Part shown: positions 49,944 through 60,827 of the stretch, piece after piece
Layout of the letters: each line of letters starts with the position of its first letter
Position numbering within the stretch: position 1 is the stretch's first letter
From: Antedon mediterranea
Taxonomy: Eukaryota > Animalia > Echinodermata
DNA length: 64,000 bases
Assembly (NCBI RefSeq): GCF_964355755.1
Contig: NC_092671.1
Location: forward strand, 37,830,304-37,894,303
Reading direction: 5' to 3'
Position numbers and translations under genes: made by a program
Notes under the pieces: model-generated
Told to the model about the DNA's origin: nothing
Seen by the model: only the letters and a program-made list of their open reading frames with translations
The model's database searches: none

Positions 49944-50780
49944 CTGCAAAAGATAGGACAATCAATTTAAGCTCAGCCCCTCATTTCAGGCCCTGCCACC
50001 ATGCAAAAGATAGGACATCAATTTAAGCTCAGCCCCTCATTTCAGGCCCTGCCACCATGCAAAAGATAGGACATCAATTTAAGCTCAGCCCCTCATTTCA
50101 TGCCCTGCCACCATGCAAAAGATAGGACATCAATTTAAGCTCAGCCCCTCATGTCAGGCCCTGCCACCATGCAAAAGATAGGATATCAATTTAAGCTCAG
50201 CCCCTCATTTTAGGCCCTGCCACCATGCAAAAGATAGGACATCAATTTAAGCTCAGCCCCTCATTTCAGGCCCTGCCACCATGCAAAAGATAGGACATCA
50301 ATTTAAGCTCAGCCCTCATTTCAGGCCCTGCCACCATGCAATAGATAGGACATCAATTTAAGCTCAGCCCTCATTTCAGGCCCTGCCACCATGTAAAAGA
50401 TAGGACATCAATTTAAGCTCAGCCGCTCATTTCAGGCCCTGCCACCATGCAAAAGATAGGATATCAATTTAAGCTCAGCCCCTCATTTTAGGCCCTGCCA
50501 CCATGCAAAAGATAGGACATCAATTTAAGCTCAGCCCCTCATTTCAGGCCCTGCCACCATGCAAAAGATAGGACATCAATTTAAGCTCAGCCCTCATTTC
50601 AGGCCCTGCCACCATGCAATAGATAGGACATCAATTTAAGCTCAGCCCTCATTTCAGGCCCTGCCACCATGTAAAAGATAGGACATCAATTTAAGCTCAG
50701 CCGCTCATTTCAGGCCCTGCCACCATGCAAAAGATAGGACATCAATTTAAGCTCAGCCCCTCATTTTAGGCCCTGCCACC
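49944..50780. repeat. 56-bp tandem repeat, 15 units
   Basis: (ATGCAAAAGATAGGACATCAATTTAAGCTCAGCCCCTCATTTCAGGCCCTGCCACC)n, no spacers, followed by a C-run. Confidence 0.97.
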
Positions 50781-50986
50781 CCCCCCCCCCCCTATTTAAA
50801 ATCCTCTGAGGTCCCTTAAAAGTTCCCTTAACTATTCAGTACCTTGGTTGTGCTGACGATTCTGTATGTGCGAGTACTATGCCTACTTGTAGATGGCCCC
50901 AGTCTAGGCTAGGTAGAGATGCTAGGCCCCCCTGTTGTTCTGCCCACTAACCAGCCTAGGATTCATATGTTTGGTTTGAGAGCATC

Positions 50987-51082
50987 ATTTGGATTTGCAC
51001 AGTATACGATATATTGGAAACACTTAGCAGTGGAGGATAATTTAAGTGTTTCCAATATATCGTATACTGTGCAAATCCAAAT
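50987..51082. repeat. Perfect 40-bp inverted repeat with a 16-nt loop
   Basis: Arms 50987-51026 and 51043-51082 are exact reverse complements. Confidence 0.95.
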
Positions 51083-53852
51083 TTAAATGAATATAGAGTT
51101 CATTGGCTCCACACTGCATTTCAAATTTACATACATTGCAGGTGTAAAACGTAAAGATGATATAACCTGACGGTGATATTATTAGGTTGGCAATCACCAT
51201 GTGAGTATAAGAATGTTACCGTATTTAGCTGCAGACTAAGTTTTGTTCATGTTGCCTTGCATAGTATAAGTTTTCGGCATGGTTTGTGAATACCGTGTAA
51301 CGTAAGTCAAGCCTCTTTTTGAAACCATCCTAAAATCTACCACATTATTTGCAAATTAGTTGGAAAAAGACTGATGTGCCCAAATATTGTAGTGATGTGC
51401 CCAAATATGGTAGTGATATGCCCAAATATGGTAGTGATATGCCATCATCGTGCCAATATATTATGGGCACATCACATTTTGTTATATAAAGTTTGATAGT
51501 GTGGACAAAGCTTAAGTCATGTTTAGTTGCCACTGGCACACTGTTACTTAAAGTACGTTTGGTTTTGTGGATACCGTATGTTTATCTCAATTTCCCTGTT
51601 AGCAAAACTGTATTCTGTAAAACACACTTAATTTTTATAAAATATAGCAATTTTCAAACCACTGGAAGGTTTAAGCTCTGTCTATGGACCTGATGATGTC
51701 ATAGCACTACCATATTTGGGCACATCACTCTTTTTTTGTCAAACTGGCTTGATAGTGTAGACAGAGATTTAGTCTTAATTAGCCATAGTTTGATTGTTAA
51801 TTATAGAATCAAGATACATTCGCATTCTGTAAATTGTTTTTGAAGTGTTAGCTTATATTTTGCACTAACGTTAACCAAATCAAAATTAGTCAATCTTTAA
51901 TTATTATCAAATGTTATGACGTAACAAATTGATTTTCCCCAAACTGTAAAGTAGGTCATAATAGAGTAGGACTGTCCACGTTTGTGGATGCGTACTCAAA
52001 TGTAATTTAAATGTAATTAAGTCTATTAATTTATAAAGCACACACGTATTAGTATGTTTTACCATCAGTGTATCTACTAGCCAGCAGACGATAAGTACAT
52101 AGCCTACTTACCAGCATTGACAATGTCTTCGGTTTCCAAAGTTGCACGGGTTGTCCTGATGATGACGTCATCTGTACGCGTATAGTTTAAATCACTCGTA
52201 TAGGCCTAACGTAATTTAAGTTTCGACGTGTAACATATCCCGCCTTTCAGTTTGGCTATTTTAATTGTGATATCATAACTAGCTGCCTATCATTGCGTAG
52301 CCCTCTCGAACGAAGAACAGCCCTGGAGTTATTTGTAGCAAACCGGCCCGGTTGGCTAAAATTTGCACCACGACGAAACCACACACCCAAGTTGCTTAGT
52401 AGCAAACTCAACAACCTCGCTATGTATAAGATAATGTTTCAACTGCTGTTTAAATGTAACAAATACTAATGAGTTTTATATGTTATCTGTTTACTTGTAG
52501 TACAAACATTTAGATATGATTTTATCATTAACCGAAAAGAAATTAATATGAGAAGCATCGTTGACCATATACAATGCATTAGAAATGATCTTTATTAGCG
52601 AATTATATTAAATATTGTAAATCATAATATTGATTTTTTTTTATTATGTCATATGTTAGCGGGTATTAATATTATGTTAATACAATAACAGGTTAGGCCT
52701 GCTATTGATATTACAGCATTAGACTCCGTTAATAATTATAGATAGATGTTTTTTTACAACAGAAGGTCTTAAACAATACAAGGAAGAGTTTATAGTTTTT
52801 AGAGTTTAAGAATAATTATCGTAAACGTCTTTATTGATGAAATTTTAATTTAATTATGATATTATAATAAATATGCTTAGTTATCGAGAACGCTGTAGCC
52901 TCACTGTTGTGTATATTAACACCATTTAAAAGGTAGAATTTCCGAATATCAGACCATTACAATCGGTTACAGTACAAGTTGTGTACAGTATTTGACACTC
53001 ACATCCCCACCCTCACCCCAATATCTAATGCAGAGTAGATACACTCTCTACTTATATTAGTTCATAAGGTGAGTTATATCTGCTATATAACATGTGTCAT
53101 CACATGTTCTCTAAACTGCTTATCAAAGTGTGTAAGTCAATATTAAATATATTTCATTGACATAAAATACCCATGTTGCTACCACCGGCCTTTGATAACA
53201 TGATTTTAAAAGGTATCATATCTGATAATATAATTACGACGAGTAGCAACAGAATTATGATACATTGATAATGTTATCTGGGATGATAGCTACATTCTTT
53301 CAATGAATACATATCTCTATGTAGATAGACCTTATATTTGGGTGAACAGCGATATCAACTCGTTTGTTTTATGTTAAACTCACCAAAATCATGACAAATG
53401 TGTACCGATTGAGAGAAGTTCTGGCATTGTATAGTATACAAATAATGAATGTTTATGAGTGTAATGGTACAAATAATGGCACGAGGTGAATGATGAAAGG
53501 TTATATCAACGAGGCGATGAGCCGAGTTGATATAACCTTTCATCATTCACCAAGTGCCATTATTTGTACCATTACACGAATACAAAACATTCATTATTTG
53601 TTTTATATAACATCTAAATAACAAACAAAAATGTTTCAAAAAGTACTATTTAACGATCGTTGAATAGTGCGTACTATTGCACGCCATGTGACCCACATTC
53701 GTCCAATCAAATGACAGGAATTTATATAGGTGTTATATAATATGGCATAGTAAAGGTCATTAAAGATATATTTTGCCTTATTAATGATTAATGTTTTGTT
53801 GTGAATATGCAATGTCTCATAATAGTTATTTATTTTGACCAAAAACTAGATC

Positions 53853-55487
53853 AACTAGAATTTAATTCGTCACTTTGACGAATTATAGGTGATCATTTTT
53901 ATCATTTTAATAAAATTAACATTTTTTAAACATGCATGTACGTTAACATACGATCGTTAAAAGTTGATGTACGCCATCCTATGACATGATGCATATACAC
54001 ATAGTGTTGAGTTCTACCTATTATGTGTCATACAATATGTACAGTATATACTGTGTATCTATATACACAGTGTAGCATAGGTGAAATTACGGGACTCATA
54101 TCGTGTTCTAATTTTTTGGTATGATGGAATTTTCAAAATAAACTCGAAGATGCCAATTTCGAAAGATAATGAATTGAGTAAATACATATAAGGATTGGAA
54201 AAAAATTTGACACGTAGAAGCGCAATGCGCGGTCTTTGAAATTTGTATAACTTTGACTAAAGAAATTTAAAAACTACTTTTTAACTTCAACTGGCCATAT
54301 GATAACATCACAACATCCGATAGGCTTCATTTTTATATGAATTCATATCTACATTTCATCAGCTTTCATAATAAGTTATAATCTTCAAGGTCACCTTTAA
54401 TTCTGAAGAGCTATAAGATATTCAAATGTATGGTGTAGCTGAAATTACACAACCTAGGTTATTACGCGTGATGACGTCATTAAAATAAAAATGTTGACAA
54501 CTCATTAGAAGAATAATTAATTGAGCAAGCACATACTAAAAGTTGTGCGAAAATCGGGCTCAAATAACGGAGATGCGCTCTATTGAATGTGATAACCCAC
54601 ACAAAAAGATAAAAATTCCTAATTTTTAAATTCAAGTGGCCATTTGATGACGTCATACCATTTTGTACGTCTAATGTGTATATACATTTGTATCTACAAC
54701 TTATTGGCTTCCATAATAAGTTAAAAAAATTGGGGGTCACCTGCCATTCTGAAGAGTTATATTCATTTTAAAAAGTCCTTATTTTTTACCATTTTTAGCA
54801 CTTTTGTACAATTAGTGTGCGCATTTTGTCATTTTTAACGTGCTCGTATAGCGTTATTTTAAGTCGGAATGAACTCAAAATTGGTGAATGTACTAAGGAT
54901 TGTGAGTAGAATGTGATTTATACATCAAATTTTATTTTTTACGCATTTTAAGAATCGTGCGCACAAAAACGCATTTTTGCGCAGTAATTTTTTGAAACGC
55001 GCAAATGGCCTAATTCATGCTCTAAATTGATCAAAACCTAATTTTGCGCGTTTTAAATTTTTAACGCGCGATTTCACGTGCATGACCTTGAAACGCGCAA
55101 CTTTTTATTTGCTAATATTTTTACCCTTGACCTGAAGTTTACCTGTAGTGAATTTCATTAATATGTCATAATGAATTATGGAGATATGATTGATAATGAA
55201 TCAATCAAATAATGAATGAATCAATCAATCAATCAATAATGTGATTTCACAAAATGGCGTATAAATGACGTCACGGATGAATGATCACGCTGGAAAGCTC
55301 ATTAGGATTAAGTTATATTATTTGAAAGATATTCTGAAATTTTGGTAATCATTGATATTAAACTTTTTGAGATAATTGTTACACAAAATAGTGTACAGAA
55401 ACAATAAAAAGAAAAAAAAAAGAAAAATAATAAAGATTTCATACAATAACAATAGGTGATCATTTTATTCTAAATGATCACCTAAAA
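53853..55487 (-). mobile_element. Second Helentron-type (HINE) element, inserted in a TTAA-type MITE
   Basis: Mirror architecture: CTAG (53855), stem-loop AATTCGTCA-ctt-TGACGAATT, subTIR AGGTGATCATTT (53887), and the subTIR/IR pair at 55454-55483. The host MITE runs 53762-55670. Confidence 0.8.
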
Positions 55488-56272
55488 AGAAATATTTACC
55501 TGAAAAAATGCAAATAGAACTTTCAGACAATGAGTTTTTTGGTTAGAAATAATTTTTTTTTCTTTATATATATAGGTGTGAAAAATTCATTAAAACTGCA
55601 AAATGGCCTATTAAAAGTCTGATTTTATTAATCTTCATTTGTCGTGTTTTTGGGGGACAATACATCTTTAAATGTAAATGTAGGCCGGTAGATAATGTGT
55701 AATGGCGTACTGTAATTAAAGTATGTGGGTTAGACCTCGGAGTTACAAGTAACATACGTAAAGCTCTGTCTGCACTATCAAACTTTATGTGACAACAAAT
55801 GTGATGTGCCCATATATGGACATGATGATGTCATATCACTACCATATTTAAGCATATCACTACCGTATTTGGGCACATCACACTTTTTTGTCAAACTAGT
55901 TTAATAGTGTGGACAGACCTTTATATAAAGTATGATTCAAGTTTATTAACATTCAATAGGCAGGCTATTTTCTGTTTTCACTCGCGATCGAAAAATGACA
56001 ATTCTAAATACAGTATTTATTTCGTATAGAATAAATTATGGATATGCCTATATTTACAGTGTTTTATTGATAAATAAAATCGATTAAAATATAATATAAT
56101 TATGTAATTCATGTCCTCATAACTTCGTATTACTTATTGTTTTTTTAAGGGTCTCGGCTTAAAAGCTTTGCTTATTTTCAGTTTCTATTTCCATAACTTA
56201 TTTTGATTATATAGGCCTATATTTGTACATATCCTTAGTTTTATGGAATAAATTGATTTAGATTGATTGTAT

Positions 56273-57664
56273 TTAAGATGATTGGGGATCGTCTGCACTT
56301 TCAGTGACGTCATTCTGTTTGCCGTTATTCCCATCGTCGATTCCGCCAAATTTAACCACACTGGCCGCTTCCATTTCAACCATTGCATCACTTGCCCGCT
56401 GACGTAGATGAGTTATAGTAGGAGCCCGCGGAAGCTGATAACTACTATCACTACCGGCATAGAAGCTTGGCGGTGGACCCACTGCCGATCTCGACAGTAG
56501 AGGGGGTGCGAAATAGTTGGCGTAGTGTTTGTCCTTATTGTCAACAACCTCAATATCAACTTCAGCACTAGGTATCGTTATGTATTCCGTCACGTCAAAT
56601 TTAACACCTTTCCGAGCCTTTTTCTTTTTCTCTTCTTCCATTATTTGTGAGCGAAGATCAGAGAAGTTTAAAAAGAATCCAAGTCCGTCTGGGACACCGA
56701 ACGCACTTATTCTACGGCGACGCGATGCCGCCGGCGGTTGACTTTCTTCCATATCAATGGTGCTCTTACGTCGCTCTGATAACTTTTCGCGGTTTAACTC
56801 ACCCCTAGCGATATTCCCGTCGGCTATATTATGTTGTATATCTCTAGAATCCATATCGGGTAAAAGTCGTTCTACTAATGTAAGAGCCGAGAGGTTTTCC
56901 GTATTAATTCCTATTGTTTCGTAATTCGATTCGTTCCACGCTCCGTAATATTTACGTTTATGAACTTTATCGCAATTGAAGCAATGTTTAGGCCCAAGAA
57001 CGTCACACCATTCCATCGACAAGGCGTTCATTTTGTTCGACGTTCGCTGACGCATTACCGAAGATTCCCGAACGCATGGTTTTCTTCGTATGATTTCGGA
57101 ATAATAACAAGGGTCAATGCCCGGGTCAATGTTAGATGACGTTGCAATGTCTGGACACATTGTCTTAGCACTATGACACCGCAGAGTCCTATTCACACAT
57201 CTATGTCGTTCAGTCGACATCGATTGATATTCTTGTTCATTTGCGATTGAAACTAAATCAATTGCGTTCAAGTCTATACTGTCATCCTCAAAACTTCTGT
57301 TCAACCTTGGTGGCGCTGTTGTACTCCTATGATATCGACTGGTACGAACTTTTGATCTGGATTGCGGCGGAGTTCCTCTCCACCAAATGTTATTTTCCTC
57401 TAATGTTATAGATTTGTCCCTCTGTAATTCGACGGATTTTCCTAAATGTGGGAAATATTTCTGCACAGACGATTGAGTTCGTACGGGATTGCTTTTTCTT
57501 GATTTAATTTCATACCAGGTTTGATCAATCGAGAACTCTTTTTTCGGCATAACTGATGGTTTGTTAGGCCTTTGATTCGCACTTGTAGAACATAAGAGAT
57601 CACGGTGCAATGGATCAAATTTTAGTGTTGATTTTGTTTTCACATTCCCTTCACTCACCACCAT
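56273..57664 (-). CDS. Uncharacterised 463-aa protein, mostly disordered, with a small Cys/His cluster
   Basis: 1.4-kb ORF with the ATG 8 nt downstream of an attttcag acceptor (57673); basic and Ser-rich; contains WCDVLGPKHCFNCDKVH and RKGVKF. Confidence 0.83.
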   Translation of the reverse strand: MVVSEGNVKTKSTLKFDPLHRDLLCSTSANQRPNKPSVMPKKEFSIDQTWYEIKSRKSNPVRTQSSVQKYFPHLGKSVELQRDKSITLEENNIWWRGTPPQSRSKVRTSRYHRSTTAPPRLNRSFEDDSIDLNAIDLVSIANEQEYQSMSTERHRCVNRTLRCHSAKTMCPDIATSSNIDPGIDPCYYSEIIRRKPCVRESSVMRQRTSNKMNALSMEWCDVLGPKHCFNCDKVHKRKYYGAWNESNYETIGINTENLSALTLVERLLPDMDSRDIQHNIADGNIARGELNREKLSERRKSTIDMEESQPPAASRRRRISAFGVPDGLGFFLNFSDLRSQIMEEEKKKKARKGVKFDVTEYITIPSAEVDIEVVDNKDKHYANYFAPPLLSRSAVGPPPSFYAGSDSSYQLPRAPTITHLRQRASDAMVEMEAASVVKFGGIDDGNNGKQNDVTESADDPQSS

Positions 57665-59024
57665 GCTTTTTCCTGAAAATAAACAACAATAATTAACATA
57701 AGAATCAGAATTAATAACAATAATGTGGAGAGTCGATAATGTTCAATGTAATTATTGACATTTCGTCAGCACGTGACAAGCACAAACAGGTTTCATTACG
57801 AAATAAAAATCCACACCATTGTCGCACCTTGATTCTCATACAAGCTAGTGTAAAGATAATATATTGTCCCCCTAACAAAATAATGTTGTTAATTTTTTTT
57901 TAATATGCCATTTTAATGTCACGTAATAGTTATTGACTTAAAAAAAACAGGATCGAAAAGAAAAATTATTTTCCTGAAAAAAAATACCTGTCTGTCAGAC
58001 AATGTTTTTTTTTTTTAAATTGTATTCATGTTTTTTTAACGAAATAAATAAAGATTGAATTGAATTTAAATTAACTCACTACCCGTTTTAATGTCGTGCA
58101 TACAATTCGTATAATTGCCATGCTCTTTGTACCGAAATATAAATTCTTGATTGACAATAATGTTTGTTTTAGAAATAAATTGCATTAAACAATAGACAAT
58201 TAAAGCAGAATTCAATTAAAACTATTGTACTAATGAGCTTTGGCCGTAATTAAACATTATAAATTCTTTTATCAGGTCTAACTGTCGTTTATTCATTTTG
58301 GGCATAAGAAAGAAGAAGATCAATAAGAAGATCAATATCAAGTTCAGATATTCGGGAACGGATACCGGTATCGGGCTGCGTAAGGGCCAATTCAGACTGC
58401 GTAGTACGACGAGGCCCGACGAAACGTCTTGACTCGCCGGTGCTGTCTGAGTTGAATCCCGACGAGACGATTCGTCTTCAGATAGCGTCGTGCGTCGTTT
58501 TTAGGTCGTCGGCATGAGAATATTAAACATGTTTAATTTGTTTCCCGACGCAGTCTGAGTTGATAGTTGCTTTTGACGAAACTGAACGTTCGGTGTTAAT
58601 TAAAAAAATATATATATTTTTAAAGCATTAACAACAACAACATTAGGCATAGGCCTAATGTTTAATAGGCCTTTTTGTTAGGCGGTCCATCACATACATT
58701 TGTATTAGATTTCTCCGCTTAGATAAACGTTATTCTAGAAATCTAAACTCAAAGGAGGCAACGTTTTATAGTATGTCACTATCAATATTCTCGTTTATTG
58801 AGCATTATTTAGGTCGCCGCCGCTGCTGCAATCAATACCGAATGTGTGCCATTATTCCTGTACGAAATCTCAACAACATTTTGTAATTAGCTACGGTACA
58901 TAAGCACCATTCAACTATTCAAATGGTTTCATTTTAAAACAAATTTCGTAACTACTATACCACTACAAACCTTAAATGCTATTCTCACTATAGTTAGTCA
59001 CCTAAGTTTCACTAAACTACTTTG

Positions 59025-59335
59025 TATATAGCTTACCACAAACTTATACTGGTTCTATGATGGTTTAGTCTACCACACACCTGTGGTTCTAATATACTAT
59101 AGGTTTAGTTTACCACAAAGCTATACCGGTTCTAGTACTAGGTTTAGTTGACCACAAACCTATACTCATGGTTCTACTATCTATGGTTTAGCCTACCACA
59201 AACCCTATATTGGTTTTAATGCAATATGTTTAGCTTTATACCACAAACCTTTACTGGTTCAACTCCCGGTTCTACTATGGTTTGCTTACCACAAACATAG
59301 GTTCTACGATAGAGGTTTAGTTTGTACCAAAATGT
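59025..59335. repeat. Degenerate tandem repeat of about 37 bp
   Basis: Recurrent GGTTTAGTYTACCACAAACCTATACTGGTTCTACTAT. Confidence 0.8.
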
Positions 59336-59767
59336 TCTAAGCGTCAACACTCTAACCTTTTACAATTGCAGGCAGATGAATGAATGGACTAAAATCCACA
59401 ATTGGAAATTGGCTTTGCAGACTAAAGTCTATACCTGCTGGTCGTCTGTTTTCAACTAGCGGCGGGAGAAGTTGCTCCTTTACTACGTGAAGTTTAATAG
59501 ATTCCTTTTTGTACACTGTCATTTTGTTACATTGTTGAAACCAATGGTCTCTGATCACATAAAGCAGCTTATCACATAAGCCCCCATTACTGTACACTGA
59601 TAAAACATCATTAAGATTTTATAGTAGATTATTGCGGTCATGTTTGGGGAATTTTTAAATCACCTGTTAACAATGTTCATTGGTTATACTAAACAAATAA
59701 AAATATATAGCAATCTGGGTAACATAAAATATGATGTTTAATTTTCTGAGGGGCCTATACCGTAACG

Positions 59768-59782
59768 GTCGCCCATAGTTAC
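59768..59782. promoter_or_regulatory. RFX X-box-like motif upstream of the 463-aa gene
   Basis: GTCGCCCATAGTTAC (reverse complement GTAACT-ATG-GGCGAC), about 400 bp upstream of a candidate minus-strand donor near 59356. Confidence 0.35.
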
Positions 59783-60652
59783 AACGACGTACTTTTAAAG
59801 GACTCAAATATCTCTGAATTCTTTTAACTTTTTTTTATTCAACAGAACATTTAATACATTATTTTCCTTAAATTAACTTTTGATACTTTCAAATTGGAAA
59901 TTCCATTTTCGAAGATGCTATATCTAGATAAATAATAGTATTGTTTTACCAAGAATTATATGCTGCATGCTTGAGCATTAAATAATATTGCTTAATATTA
60001 AAACCTATCGTCTTACATACCATATAAGCTTAATAGCAGTTGCTTCCATTTAAAGACCAGTTGTAGGACCGGAATGTTAGGTGTCTTTATCAGTTTGTTT
60101 TCAATTAAAATCACTTTGAATGGTTAGGATATAAAATGACCCTTACCGTACATAAGAGAAATTCAGGTAGTAGCGTAACGTCTATGAGCGGTCACTGGCT
60201 ACACGAGAGCTTATGGGGGACTCTGAGCAGTGCCCAGAGGAAAAGGCATTAAAATATGTCGAAAAGGGCTAAAACCGGCCAAGGGCACTTATAAGGGTTC
60301 CCAAACCAGGGGCATCAGTTCTCTACGTTACGCCATTGAATTCAGGGAGAATTACACGGTGATAGGGCCTTCCAAATTAAGTAGTGGTGACAGAAATGTA
60401 CCCAGCCTGCAACATGACCAAACCATGACAGATTATAATTGTAGCATGAATAACCTATTTTAAGTACCCTTGTATCCTATTTGAACATTGTTCAATTGGT
60501 GTGTCTATTGATTGTCAAGTACCCTTACGTTACGTGAAAGGTCGCACCATTATAAATGATCGTAAACAAACTATCTTTGTATATTAAATAGTTCCTCAGG
60601 ATTAGTATTTTTAATGGGATAAATATATTGTGTTTTAATGTTCTCGTCCTAA

Positions 60653-60827
60653 AGCGTGGTTCCCACTAGCGACGCAACACAAGGACGTAACGCAACGCAA
60701 GTGAATTGACCAATCACAAGCGATGGCTTATTCGCGTGTGATTGCTGTCTATAACTTCGCTTGTCATTGGTTAAAACGCTTGCGTTGCGTTTACGTCCTT
60801 GCGTTAGGTTCTAGTGGGAACCAAGCT
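60653..60827. mobile_element. MITE family B, second copy
   Basis: Almost identical to 41143-41334. Confidence 0.85.

Noticed and set aside
49944-50780. CRISPR-like regular repeat
   Set aside because: Units abut with no unique spacers, there are no cas genes, and the context is eukaryotic.
59352-59597. 81-aa minus-strand ORF
   Set aside because: Non-ATG start and no motif; more likely a 5'UTR exon of the 463-aa gene.
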